Notes under the pieces: model-generated
What the model saw: the letters and a program-made list of their open reading frames with translations, nothing else
What the model was told of the DNA's origin: nothing
Databases searched by the model: none
Position numbers and translations under genes: made by a program
NCBI GenBank assembly: GCA_030390025.1
Contig: CM059431.1
Coordinates: forward strand, 112,718,001-112,778,000
Direction of reading: 5' to 3'
DNA from: Squalus acanthias
Lineage: Eukaryota
Length of the DNA stretch: 60,000 bases
Part shown: piece by piece, positions 24,301 to 39,300 of the stretch
Numbering within the stretch: the stretch's first letter is position 1
How the letters are laid out: every line of letters starts with the position of its first letter

Positions 24301-27300
24301 TGCTTTGTGGTATATTATTCAGGTTGTATTTTGATAAAATCTACATTTTAAAACCTTGGCTTCAATTTGCAACGAGCGCCTGATTGCTGTTAAGTTTTTT
24401 AAAAATTCACAGCACAATTAAGTACCAAAGTAAAAAATCTGTCTTGCCTATAATGCTTCTGCTGGCAAAGATTTCTGAAGTTGATAAAACATGCGAGTTG
24501 ATAAGTGCTTCATCAATGCGTAAGAAGGTCTGGTCTCCACTTGCACCTATCCAGGTAGCCTTTCGACCATACTTTGAGCCTATGTTTGGCATAGGAGATG
24601 GTTTCGTGTTCCAGAAAGGCATATCCAAAATTGGCCTACCAAGTTGCCCTTTCTACAAGGGAAAGGAAAGATCTTAAAAATGTCACACAGTTTCACTTCC
24701 ACTAATATGAACTTAATTAACAAATTGCATTTATATAGGAAAACAGCCCAAGGTGCTTCACAGAAAAACAAATAATAAAATAGACACCAAGCCACTGAAG
24801 GAGATACAAGGAGGGGTGATGAAAAACTTGGTAAAAGAGGTGAGTTTTAAGGAGGTTGATAAAGTAGGAGAGGGAGGTGGAGAAACAGTGAGGTTTAGGG
24901 AGAGAATTGTAGTGCGTGGGGCCTAGGCGGCAGAAGCCACCGCTGCCAATGGTCGGGAGAGTGATGTATGAGAGGCTGGAGTCAGATGCATGGAGAACTT
25001 TTTTTTTTTTGGGGGGGGGGGGGGGGGGGGAGGAGGATTTGCACTGAAGATTACAAAAAGATGGGGGAAGAGGCAAGGCCATGGAGGAATTTAATCATGT
25101 GGATGAGAATTTTAAATTTGAGACACTGAGGAAACCAGGACCCAAAGTAGGTCAGTGAGGAGGATGGGAGGACAGCCAGAAAAGCATTATAATAGTTGAG
25201 TCTGGAGATGATAAAAGCATGAAAAAATGTTTCAGCAGTGGATGGGCTGGGTGGGAAATGTTAGAGGGTGAAGTAGGCAGTCTTTGTATTGGAGAGAATA
25301 TGGGATCAGAAACTCAATTCAGGACTGAATAGAGCATAGAGGTTGAGAACAATCATCACTTAATACATTCAAAATGTCTACATTTCATCTCAACTGAAAT
25401 TATTTTTGGGCCAATTTTATGCTCAATAAGAACAAAACACTTTTCACATAGAGGAGTCCCAAGTAATTTAGCACAAAAGGATATAACTCACAAGCCACAG
25501 TTGTGACTGAGCAATTAAATCTTCATCTTGAAAACTAATAATCTTGTACTAAATGATTAGGATCATTACTCAAGAAAAGAATAATGAATTAAATGGTGTG
25601 CAGGCTGCTGTCGTAATGACAGACTGCATTTGAAAATAGTGAGGAAATACGTCTTCAAAAAATTCTACTTGTTACATTTATTCCATATAATCTACAGTCT
25701 GACATTGTAAAACAGAGATTTATCATGGCTTCTGAAGCACTCTGCTTTGCTTCTGTTATATTGCATGTAAAATGTTTTATATCAATACAATTAACTTGTA
25801 TATATCCTGATTTATTGAAACATTACTTAAAATAGCAAGCAAATCCTAAAAAATAATTCTTACAGAGAAGCTTCCAAATGTGAAGACTTGTCCATCTGCT
25901 AACAGTAGAGCTGTGTGGTTACTGCCTGCAGTTACTTGGGTGCAAGGAGCTGGTAAGGCCTGTACCAATGTGGGTGCCCCTCTGAAACAAAGAAAATATT
26001 TAGCAAGGTAACGCAAAAAAAAATACAAATGCAAAGTTTTCATTGTTTTACTTGTTACCTTGAATTTACATCGCCATGTCCAAGCTGACCATGTTGTCCA
26101 TATCCAAATGTATACACATCACCATTCTCCATCAGAATCACTGTAGATTATTTGTAAAACATTAAAAACCTTGGAGTAATAATTTGAGTACCAGTAGCAT
26201 ATAAACATTTACTCCTCTGCAAAAAAAATGCCAATATATTGACTAGTGCAAGTCAAAATATTTACGCAACTGTCAATTTACAAACTTTTCGAATTACTGG
26301 AAATTACAAAAATTTTCTAGTCAAGTGTTAGAATAAAAAAAATGCTTGGCTCCCCCAAAAAGGTCAGTGAGTTTAGCCAGCAAGAAGCTTGGTCATACAG
26401 CCCAAAAAGGGCACAAGTACAATGCTCAGTCTATCCTGAATTAGCTGGCCTCAGCTCAGGCGGTACTGAAGCCATAATTTACCAGTGTCCTTGTATTTTG
26501 GGGGTGGCATGGGATGGAGAAAGAGAGGATAGGGGAATCGGGAGGGAAAGAGGGAGGAAGGAAGCAAATATTAGCAAGGTATCCAACTCCCTATCACAAT
26601 CCAACAGAAACTGCTGGTAATGTTTGTGTATGCATGGAGGTCAGGTGGAGATAAGATAGGACTCGGCAGTGGTGCCCACCATCGAGAATTAGCCTTCTAA
26701 CACGAAGCATCGAAGCTCAGATATGAATAATGACCACGTGGGAAGGGTACCAGAGGATGACCAGAACCTATGGAACCATATCCCAGGGATTCAATGTCTC
26801 TAGGAGAGGAAAGTGTGTGGAGAAAAAAAAACTGGAGAGAGAAATTTTAAAATTCCAAATAGTATTGTTTGAACAATATTTGAAATTGAACTACTATAGC
26901 TTTCAAAGGGATAATTACTTCAGTTAATAAACAAATTAGCTACTGTAATTGCGGAATGAATATGTCAAGACTGAAACAGATCTGAACTTTGTTGTGGGTC
27001 TCAGGAATGTATGAATTAATATTTTAGAAACACTGACGGGCACAATTATAACGTCTTTCTCACGAATGTTGATTTAAATAATGTAAACTAAATGATCTTA
27101 TCTAAATATGATATAATTCAATTATTGTCCCTTAGGTCAACTAACAGGACTTTCCACTTTGCTGGTACATTAACAGCTCCTGGCCCACTTCTCGATTCAT
27201 ATAATGTTCACAGACCTATTTTCATAATTTATGAATGCTATTACCCAGAGTTGGATTTAAAAATGATCAATACTACTACATTTGGAACATTTTATAGAAC

Positions 27301-30300
27301 AAATTATGCTCATGTGAGCTTTATGCTGACTTTTCTACACTCAGAATTACTAATAAACCACTTGATTTACAAATAGTAACATGCAAGCAACAAGAACATA
27401 GTTCCCTTGGAGGATCACAATTCTTCCTAAAACTGTTCTGTGAATTCCATAAGAACCATATTGTTTTTAAACAAGTTTTCTTAAAAAAAAAAATTATACA
27501 GGATGAGAGTATTGCAGCCTTTATGGGTTAACATGGACAACTTCCGAGTTGAAATAACCCTATTAAAGAGAAGTCTGAAAATTGTTTTTTTGATTATGGT
27601 GAACTATTTTAATAATCCAGAAGAAATGAAGTATGCCTACATACCTAGCATCAGACACCTTAACTATAAAGAGAGCCTACAGAAGCTTTGAGGGGAACTT
27701 ATGGAGATATTCAAGATCCTTAATGAAACTGGGTCCTGAGAAACTGTTTGCCATGACCCAAGGAACAACAAGGGGCTGTGGGATCAAACTCAGAAAAGGG
27801 ATGATGAAGAGACAGATCAAATATAACAATTTTTTTTTAAATGGTGAATGTCTCGAATGGACTACCCAGGGAGTCAATTAGTAATTTTAAAGTGGGTTGG
27901 TCAGACATCTGGTGAGAAACGTAACCGAGGATACAACAGTGAACCGTGCATCATGTTTTTAAACATTGGGGTCAGGAAGATGGACCAAAATGGTCTCTTC
28001 TGGTCCTGTACATCCCTGTAACATAGTGACTGCACTTCAATGTAATTCATTGGATGTGAAGCACTTTCAGATTTCCTGAGTACGTGAAAGGCACTGTATA
28101 AAAGTTAGTTTTTTTTTTAAATGTCTATTTATTCAGATCACAACATAGTATGCATACCTGAGTGATGGAATCCACAGCTAACCTGGACTGCTTGGAGCTC
28201 ATAGTCAAGACATACAGCACCTGGAGGGTATGTTGTAATCTTGCTGGTGTCCTTATCCCCCCTTTCTCCATTTGCATCTGAAAAGAAATGCCCAACCGCA
28301 CAGTGATCCACAACATTGAAACTGAGAGAAAAATCACAACAGTCGAGCCTTATATTTGCAGAAATTTCTTAACTATAACACACGGCAACTTAGGTTTCAC
28401 CACAAAGCCAAAACACTCCTTTTGCAAACGTTATGCAAATTTTGAAAATGCAGTCTTTGTACTTTTCTATTCAATTGAAATTGTGGGTGTGCATTATTTA
28501 GAGTCACGACCCCACTACTTTTTCTGGATTTATTTCCTTTTTTAAAAAAAAAAAATAGCGTAGTTATGAAAACATACCAAAAATACCATTTCCTGTAATG
28601 TTTATACAATGTGAGTACATCAAAATCTGCAGCTACTTGGACAGTCATAAATCATTTGACTTGCAGTGTGAAAGCCCCCCCTCCAAGTGGGGACAAAAAA
28701 TAATGAATAACCATTAGTGGAAAGGGCAGCAGATATATGGAAGTCTTCTTTTGGAATAATGTTCCTCTGGAGAAATATACAAATGAAGGGCTAATGATAG
28801 CTTAACTTAGACATTTTAATTTTTTTTTTTTAAAAACACATCATTGGTATAGTTGTCCTCATTCTTTAAAAGTTCAACCTCCACATGCATATGGGGGAAT
28901 ATACCAAGGTGTTTGTCCTCCAAGGAGGTCTCACCATGTGGGTCCCTTGATCTTTCCTAGTCACATTTTCTTCTGGTCAGCTGGGTGCCTGACACATGCA
29001 GAAACCCAACATGTTTAAAAATCTAGAAACCAAGCTACTGAAAAATCTATACCTACTTTGAGGCCTTCTGTTTGCCTAATATGGAATGCACACACTACCT
29101 CTGTAGGGATACATCCTACTTACCCAAGTCCAGCAAGATAAGATGCTGTTGGCAAAGCCAAAGTTTCAAATTATGTAGAATGTTACAGCACAAAAATAGG
29201 CCATTCGGCCCAACTGGTCTATGCCAGTGTTTATGCTCCACACGAGCCTCCTCTCATCTGACTTTATCTCACCATATCCTTCTACTCCTTTTTCCCTCAT
29301 GTACTTATCCAGTTTCCTCTTAAATGCATCTATAATATTCACCTGAACCACTCCATGTGGTAGCAAGTTCCAGAATCTAACCATTTTCTGGATAAAGAAG
29401 TTTCTCCTGAATTCTCTATTTGAATTAATAGCAACTACCTTATATTTATAACCTTAGTTTTGGGCTCCTTCACAAGTGGAAACATTTTCTCTTACATCTA
29501 TATATTAGTCAATCTCAGTGAGTCGGAGGTTATACTGTTCTCGAACAGGGGTGTGAATGCCACGTAACATGCAAATGCATCATCAAGGCCCCTGATCTGT
29601 AATGACTGAAGATGCACGGTATTTTGGGTTTTTTCCCACCTGGGGTTTTGGCGATCAAGCCTCATGACTGCCCATTTTACTATGGACCTCAGTAGAAACA
29701 GAAGTATTACTGGAGTTTAATCAGTTAGAACTTTACAGCTTACCAGAGCTGTTTCCTGCTGTCACGGTGATGCTTTTGCTGAACATTACTACACATAAGG
29801 TAGTAGGTCTCGAGAGGAACCCTCACCATTGCTGAGACGGAGCTCCAACTTTCCCTGCCATAGAGTAACACAAGGGGATACACTCCACCAGCCCATTTTC
29901 TACCTCAAGTAATGGGTTTCAGTAAAACCTTGCTCATAAGGAAAAAGATTTATGTTGAAGATCCTTGTACCTCATCGATAGGGAAGGCTGCTACCTTGTG
30001 CACATCAACTAATGCTTTCAATTAAAGCAAGATGAGGTAGTGGACAAAACCTGGCACCATTATTTCCTGATGCAAGAAAAATGCAATCTGACAAAACCGA
30101 TATATGGGGCTTGTGAACACAGACAAGATAGGATAGGTCCACCATTAATGGATTGAGTTTATTTTCAGCATCAATAGAACAACTGTTTTGAGCGAAACTA
30201 ATTTTCAAGAAGCCCCAACTTCCAAATGTTCTTTCATTTGCTTAGAACCAAGCTGAAGTCCTAAGCAGGAACAAACTAAGGGACAACTTTTGCAAATCAT

Positions 30301-33300
30301 TTCACCAGGAGGTATTCCTCCAGGTAGTCAGTAGTGGTTCCTATGCCAGATCTAAGCTAGAATGGGGTCAGTACCAAGGGAGTGGAGTTTATGGATGGAG
30401 TCAAAAAAAATGGCATAGATCTTCTTGATGTTCAGTTGGGAGTAATATTTTTTCCCCCACCCACTCATTAATCAAAATAAGCCAGACCAAAGGACACAAA
30501 TTAAAACTAGCGTTAAGTATATTTAAACTGTTCAAGTAAATTTGAACCAAAATGAGAAAAGATTACTCAAAAGATATGACATGTTCCTCCAGGTAACTGA
30601 TTACATTCAAAGTAATTAAAGGGCATTTAAAATGGAGTCTAGGCTAGGAGAGTTAAGAGTACTAGAAGAATGAGCTCCCATGGCCAAATGGCCTTTTTTC
30701 AGCCTTGGCTTTAAGCATCATATGGCAACCTTGAATGCACCACAATAATAGCCTTCACAACTAGGATATGAGGTAACAACGCACCTATATCCCCGATCTT
30801 GGTTAAGTCATACATGAATGGTTGTCAATTTGTCTGATCGGAGGGAGACAAGTCCAACTTGCTTCTGGTGACATCTAAACTATCCCTGCAGCTGGGGTGA
30901 GAGAGGGGTAAATAATCCCACGTGACCACCTTACGGAGGGAAAAAAAGACAAGATGGCACAATTCTCTAACATCAGAGAAGTCCAGCTTCAACATTCTTC
31001 AGCCATGACAGCCTTCCAGTTTATGAAATGGTCCTTGTGCTGAGTTTCAGATTCAGTGATTTTCACAGTTCAAATCACTGTGCAGCAAAGGAAAACAGAA
31101 AAGATGGATGTAATTCAAGGCAGCCACTGGGAAGGATTCAGAATATGGTGAAAACTTCAAAACTCAGTGCTGACATCAACTCATGGCCAAGGTAGGATCT
31201 ACTGGAGTTGGCCCGATTGGGTTAGGCTGAATTAAAGACTGCATTGATTAAAGACAGAACTGTAGATTTAAGCTACAAATAAAAATGAAAAACTTGGCAA
31301 AGAACTCAAATGTATATTTACTCCACATGTTCCAGAACTGTGGATCAGCATAAAATCATTTTGAACATAAAACAAAGAACCCAGGAACAACTTGTTCTGG
31401 TGTGGGAGATAAGTGACTGGTCTGCTTCTGATAAAGGCAGAAAAAGGACTCAATGGTACAGCTCAAAGCAAAACAGTGGTGATGGGGATCATTTAACAGC
31501 ATAAGACAAATCACCAGGAGTGTTCGCAGGTCTTCTGCTTGTGAGGTCCCAGTATCTTTTGTGTGGAAGCTAACTGGTGTTACAAACTACAGGGACCAAA
31601 AGCTTCACTACTAATGTTTAACACATCAATAACAAAGTGTACAGTCAGGTTTACTGTGCACTTCCCATTACATAACCAAGAGTGTTTTCTCCAGAGGAAC
31701 AAGCTCAGTAAAAAATTGCGGAGGTATACAATTTTAACATTCATAAGCTGCAAATCATGTAACCAAAATACAAGAAAAGTGTGTGGTATGGCTATATGAT
31801 TACTACCAATTACCTAGAATCAACAGTTTGGAAATGAACATAAAAAAGTATCAAGGTCTGGAAAATAAAGCGTTGCCACTAGGATTTCAGCAAAGTATTA
31901 ACTGTGTGTAAAATGTTCATACAATGGTACTTAAGTGTGAAAAATACCCAGCAGTACAATTATCTTTCTATATTTGTAGTATATCTGGAGAAGTACATAT
32001 CAACACAAAGTACTGGTGGTTACCTATCTGTTACTCAAGTGGTGGGAACAACTCGATATGATTTATTTAAAAGCATCACGCAATATTAAAGCCCAAGTGC
32101 AATTAAAGCTGAAGTACAATCTTCATAAAGTATATTAGTGCCAATACATTAAAGAAGCCTGGTGACAACACTATAGTTAACTGTGCATTCGATCCTTGTG
32201 AGTATTTAGTCCAGGAAAAAAAATGGGTTGCTTGACCCAGAACTCAATGCAGAATTGTGCCCAAGTTGGCCAAATGCGTGAGTAACATGACATCAAGGAT
32301 CAGTCTGTACATTTTCAATAAATACTGATGAAACCCTCCAATTTGTTTTTAAATGTGGAGAAATTAAATGAATTAATCAGACTGCTCACTTGCAATTACA
32401 TTTTGTAAGCCGAGTTCAGGTTCAAGAAGAAAACTCATACATTTAACCTTTTTCAGTCAAAACAAAAAGCATGTACCAATCACATTTTTAAAAAAATTTT
32501 TTTACAAGGAGTAATATGATCTTTACTCTGCCCGACTCGGAGATTAAATGTTAGAGATTTTAATACCGCACAAAAGGAGGCAATTTACACGTGTATTCTC
32601 ATCACAAAGTAACTACGTGCATCACAATTGCTTCCCTAATTCCATCATAAACCAGGCCAAATGGCTTTAGTAATTTAATTATTTCCAATTTTTTTTGGAA
32701 CATGACCAATAAACCTCAAAATTTAAATCTAAGTCTCAAAATAGAATCTGCAAAGGGAAACAAGATAGCCAATTGATTCTACTCATTAGGTGAGGTCCTG
32801 AAACTATAAGTCAGCCAATTGTGGACCATGAGGTGCATTAAATTGCACATCTCACTATTATCCATTAGATGGAGCGTGCATACAAAGGCAGATAGATGGT
32901 CAATGCAACACAGTGACCACTTACAATCAAGACATTTTTGACTGGAAAGGGTTAATAGCAATCATCAAAACAAATCAGCTGACAAGTTACTTTCAACTCA
33001 AGAAAGAATACAGAAAGCACAAATGCAATGCAGTAAGTTATATAAATGTACAGCAACCTGTAAGCAGAGTAACATTTTAGCATATAACTTATTCTCCCTT
33101 TCTTCAATATAACAATCTCCATTCTTCAAAATGGAATTGCACAATTTCAGAACAAAACAATGACAAAGTACAAACATCTGAATAAAAGCAAGAGGCATTC
33201 TTTCTTGTACAAAGTAAAGCAACTAAGCAATGTTCCCATTCCACTCTAGCCAATCTTAAACCAGAGCGCTTTATTTTCTCCTCTGGTTACTCAACATTAA

Positions 33301-36300
33301 GACATAAAAAGCAGAATCAGTTCTGTACAGTTGTCCACATTAGACAGAGACTCAGCTGACAGAAGAATATGACTGGCAGGATAGGTTGTAGTCCTCCAGC
33401 CAGTAAGGAAGGATGACCAAGTACCTTTATGCTTGTCCCGTTTATGCTTTAGCTTTGCTGGAAGGGGTCTTAGCCTGGCTATGGCCTGTTCTCGATGATT
33501 CAAATAAATGGGACCAGGAAATACAATGGGGCCTGAGGAGAAATAACTTGCACATGCATAGGAAAGCTCACAAATGAAATAACTGTCAAAATTAAAAGCA
33601 AAAAATATAGTTTGTCTATAATATAAAAAGAAAAATGGCATCTACTGCATTTGAGGCATGAGTAAAAGACTACATTGAAGGTAGTAATGTGGTATAGAAA
33701 ATTAAGGAAAAATGTCAATGAACAGTAAAGTGGTAACATGACAAATTATAAACATGACAAATTTCAAACAAATTCTGGTGTGCTCTGTTTAATCAAGGAC
33801 AGCCCACACAAATCTCAATAAATTCACAATTACAAATTTTGTAGACTAGAATCCAGTTGCCTTGCTAAAGTGGTAGCTTAGACTTTATTTCCCATATTAC
33901 TATGTTAAAATGCACATTACAAAAATGCCTGTGTAAGAAAATTTATTTAACTACAATGTAATTTTGTACATCTTTTTTAGCACAAAATAGCAGATACTTT
34001 AAAATAAAATCTCAGTATTCAGGTTATCATGCTGCTGCTTTGAAACTACAGTTCCAAATAAAATTCAGTAAACCCCTTGCTCTCACTAACAATCATGATG
34101 ACCTCGTCATACAAGAGAATTTATATAGTGATGGAGGCAAAACATTTATAAGACAGGTGTGGTCTCAAACCATTTTAAAGCTTAACTGAAACAGACTGCC
34201 ATGATCATTTTTGTGAATGATACTTTTTATGAAATAATTACTCCAGTGTCATAATAAGCTTCTATATTTTGTTACAAATAAATTTAACAGTCTTTAGGGC
34301 ATGTCTTCACCCAAACAGAGGTCGCTTTTCAGTAAAGAAAAACTGTGCACCTAAATTGGTAATTATAGTATTGGAACATATACTTGCAACACTTCATAAC
34401 ACAAGCAATGCAATATTCCAACCTATTAAAAGCTAAGACTAAGGGAGTTAATCTTTGACCTAGAACAATTAACTAATCTAAAAATGTCCACACTGTATTG
34501 ATATGGATAACTAAAGTAGAGAAAAAGCCAAGGGAAAATAAATATTACTTTTAAAATTAAAGATCTACGAACATTGCAACTACAGACCAGTTAGCCTGAC
34601 ATCAGTAGTAGTGAAAATGCTAGAACCTTTTTATTAAGGACATGGTAACAGGGCACTTAGAAAATAATAATAGGATTGGGCAGAGTCAACATGGATTTAT
34701 GAAAGGGAAATTGTGTTTGACAAACCTGTTAAGAGTTTGTTGATGTTGTAACTAGCAGAATAGATAAGGGGGAACCAGTGGATGCGGTGTATTTGGATTT
34801 TCAGAAGGCATTCGATAAGGTGCCACACAAGAGGTTATTAAACAAAATTAGGACTCATGGGATTGGGGGTAATATACTAGCATGGATTGAGGATTGGTTA
34901 ACGGACAGAAAAGAGAGTAGGAATAAATGGGTCATTTTCGGGTTGGCAGGCTATAACTAGTGGGGTACCGCAAGGATCAGTGCTTGGGCCTCAGCTATTC
35001 ACAATCTACATCAATGATTTGGATGAGGGGACCAAATGTAATATATCCAAGTTTGTTGATGATACAAAGCTGGGTGGGAATGTAAGTTGTGAGGAGGATG
35101 CAAGGAGGCTTCAAGGGGATGTAAACAGGCTAACTGAGTGGGCAAGAACATGGCAAATGGAATATAATGTGGAGAAATGTGAAGTTATCCACTTTGGTAA
35201 GAAAAATAGAAAAGCAGAGTATTTTTTAAATGGTGAGACATTAGGAAATGTTGGTGTCCAGAGGGACCTGGGTGTCCTTGTAAACAAATCACAAAGTTAA
35301 CATGCAGGTACAGCAAGCAATTAAGAAAGCAAATGGTGCGTTGGCCTTTATTACAAGAGGATTTGAGTACAAGAGTAAAGGCGTCTTACTGCAATTATAT
35401 AGGGCCCTGGTAAGACCACACCTGGAGTATTGTGTACAGTTTTGGTCTCCTTACCTAAGGAAGGATATACTTGCCATAGAGGGAGTGCAACGAAGGATCA
35501 CCAGACTGGTTCCTGGGAGGGGGGGGGGGGGATTGTCCTATGAGGACAGATGGAGTAGACTCGGCCTATATTCTCTAGAGTTTAGAAGAATGAGAGGGGA
35601 TCTCATTGAAACATACAAAATTCTTACAGGGCTTGACAGGGTAGATGCAGGGAGGATGTTTCCCCTAGCTGGGGAGTCTAGAACCAGGGGTCACAGTCTC
35701 AGAATAATGGGTCAGCCATTTAGGACTGAGATGAGGAGAAATTTCTTCACTCAGAGGGTGGTGAATCTTTGGAATTCTCTACCCCAGAGGGCTGTGGAGG
35801 CTCAGTCGTCGAGTATATTCAAGACAGAGATCGATAGATTTTTGAATATTAAGGGAATCAAGTGATATGGGGATAGTGCAGGAAATTGGAGATGAGGTAG
35901 AAGATCAGCCATAATCTTATTGAATGGCAGAGCAGGCTCAAAGGCCTACTCCTGTTCCTATTTCTTATGTTATGATATCTGAGCATGGGAAAAAAGGAAT
36001 GTTACTGAGTTTAGACATTTACCAATCTAATCAGTGTAGCACTTGTGCCTCTGGGTCAAAAGCTGTGGATTCAAGCTCCAAGCCAGCAGTTTGGGTTCAT
36101 AACCTAGACTGACAGTCCAATGCAAAACTGAAGGAGTGCTCTATTGTCTGAGGTGCTATTCTTTAGATGAGACATTAAATCGGGGCCTCATCTGCCTATT
36201 TCCGTGATTCATGTGGACATTAAAGATCCCATGGCACTGTTTAAAAAGGAGCAGGAAATTCTATGTCCTGGCAAATATTCTCTACCAGTACCATAAACAA

Positions 36301-39300
36301 ATTAATCGGTTACTTATCTCATTATTGTATATGGGACCCTTCTGAGCTTCCAACAGCTGCTATATTTGCCGAGATAACAATAACTGCACTTCAAAGTAAT
36401 TCAATGTATATGAAGCACCTTGAGGTGTTGAGATGTGATCAGGAACTATATAAACACAAATCTTTCTTTGTAATCTGGATCTGCTTGAAGTTCAAGTCTA
36501 CTCAGTTGCTGTGTGAAGCAGTCAAGCCCCTTAAAGTGAGCTCCCCGCCCTACAAGTAACTAAAGCCAGCAAAAGGTGCCAAGGCTGCGCAGCTGCAGCT
36601 TAGTCAACAACGGTAACCATCCAAGGTGGACAAACAACCATGATGTGTGTTGACTTCTTCAGACAATTGAGAATATGCAAACAACTCGGCTGAAGCTATT
36701 TCTCTGTAGCAAATAAACCTTTAACTAGCAATCTTCTAGAGTTTGTAAAAGTTCTTTATTTGTTCACCTCAAAGACTACTTATTTTAAAATTCTCATCCT
36801 GGTTTTCAAATTCTCCATGACCTCACCCCCTCCCTGTAACCTCCTCCAGCCCGACAAATTTCTGCGCTCCTCCAATTCTAGCTTCTTGCGCATCACTGAT
36901 TTTCTACACCCCGCCATTGGCAGCTGTGCCTTCAGCTGCCTAGGCCCTAAGCTCTGGAATTCCCTTCCTAAACCCCTCTGCCTCGCTACCTCTCTCTCCT
37001 CCTTTAAAACGCTACTTAAAACCTACCTCTTTGGCCAACCTGTCCTAATATCTCCTTATGTGGCTCGGTGTCAGATTTTGATTATCGCTCCTGTGAAGTA
37101 CTTTTGGACATTTTACTAGGTTAAAGGCAATATATAAATGCAAGTTGTTATTAGTTATGATTCAACTTTTGAATTTGAGTGTACTTTTTAGGCCAGCTAA
37201 AATGTGCTACATATTATAGCTACAGTGCATTCTCCAGTAGATTGTATGGTGGAATATAAGACAATTAATTAAGCAGATTACATACAAATGCTTAATCAGA
37301 TCAAAGTGCACAGTTAACGAACTGAAGATTGTACTACAACCATTAGTAGTTTTAAATCATTCAATCATTCAGATGACTCTTCAAATTTAGATTTTTATAC
37401 TGTGCATGATTCGAGAGTCATCCATTCAAAATATTTAAAATGTGTAAAGATAATCTTTTACTTGTGTCTGAAAAACACCAGTTTAGAAGGATGTCAACTG
37501 TCATTCAAGCCATTATAGAAAACATACCTCTCACTTCTTCCAGCCTGTGTCTTCTGCTCAACCGCTGCCTCTTTTCTTCTTGTCTTAGTTGAATATGTTC
37601 TTCTATATTAACTCCTGGTGGGACAGGTCCTGCTGAAGAAAACACAATTATTTAAAGAAAACAAAACCAGTGTGTGCACTGGAAGCAGTACTGGAAACAT
37701 ATTCTATTGAAATATTCTTCCAATATTCTCAATTTCATTTAATCTTGTAGCAATAATGCACAACAAAAATCTCCCAAAACCCTATTTGAGAGTCTATTTT
37801 AACAGCTAAAATTGAATTTATAGTAACCATTTCATTTATTTTATACAGAACATTGGGGGTTTTACTGAAAGCTTTCTTCTGCATTTTAAAGCTAAATGAT
37901 ATTCTTCCATCCTGCAACAAACTTAATTTAATGCAATTTTTCTGTTATGTTATGTAGAGCTGCCAATAACTAAATACTGCAGTACTATGTGATATTTTAT
38001 CAAAACAGCAAACATTTTTCAATTGTTAGGGTTGAATGTCCAGAATTAATGAATGGTAGTCATCCACGATAAACTGAAAATGTAGTTACTAGTGACCAAG
38101 TTTTACCAATAAGTGCCTGGAATGCTTCAGCACAAGATGGTTATCAAAGCAGAAACTTTCACGTCAATTAAAAACGAAGTGGGTACGTATTTAAAAAGGA
38201 AAATTATAAAAAGGATACAAGGAAAGGGAAGTGGGAGTAGAGTAGATAGCTCCAGTTAGAGAGCTAGCAATCCCCATAAGTTCAGTGTGCTAAAGGGCCT
38301 CCAGCTGCGTTGGAATTTCTAGGATTCTATGAAATATATTTTACTGCATCACTTAACATTATATCCTTCTACAACCCAATGTTAAAAGTCGTATCAAATG
38401 GAAGTTACTTCAGGTGGATTGTAAAGATCTAAACTTGTACCTATAAAACTCATTAATCTGAAATTGCAGGGCAAACCAATTACTTCTCAAAATACTTATT
38501 TTCCTTTTGGCTGAAATTTTAAATACACTACAGGAATTCTGCTAACACACATTGTTGGATCTTGTTTTGATACATGCGAAGCAAAACTTCAGAGAAATCA
38601 AACTGTGCTGATAAAAACACTCACCTAAAAGAAGATCTAAAGGGATCATCTCTTTAACAGCATCAAGAATCCCTCGCTGCCTTGCCTCTTGTCCATCCAG
38701 CTCTCGGGCACAGGCCTTACAGCAACCACATAGAGCACAACCAGACTCACCAGACCCACATCCACAAAGCCTAAAATAGACCACGATAAAAACATCTAAT
38801 TGAAGCAAATAAAGACTTCCCTCTACGTGTTCCCAGCGTTTATTATAATCCACTAATGCAGTTACCTTTTAACTTGGTTTTTCAGACACCACAAACACAA
38901 CAGATGCAGCACTGACTTTACAAGTTATAACATAGAAGATTTCTAACAAACTGAAGATGAATCAGCAAAAAGATAATGCGGCAGTCAGTAATGTGGAGAG
39001 AAACGTACAGCAGTGAAACCAGAGCCGACAAGTAACATTAGACTAAATGCTCCAACAGTTGATGCAATTGATTTGGACTTTTACAGAATTGGAACTTGAT
39101 CACTCAAGTCAACCAAACTAAATATTTTAAAAGATTAGAAAGAAAATATTAAAAAGCAGATGTACAATATATAATAAACTGAGAAACTATATATAAATTG
39201 AGGATGCATGCGAGACTCATAGGTACATTCTGGTCGGAGTATGAAGAATTGAAATTGGAGCTATAGTCTTCCTCATGCGTTGACTGAAGTTCACCTCAAA

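Noticed and set aside
30760..31100. Possible ancient repeat or conserved non-coding element
   Set aside because: Only a vague resemblance; no boundaries or family could be supported from the sequence.
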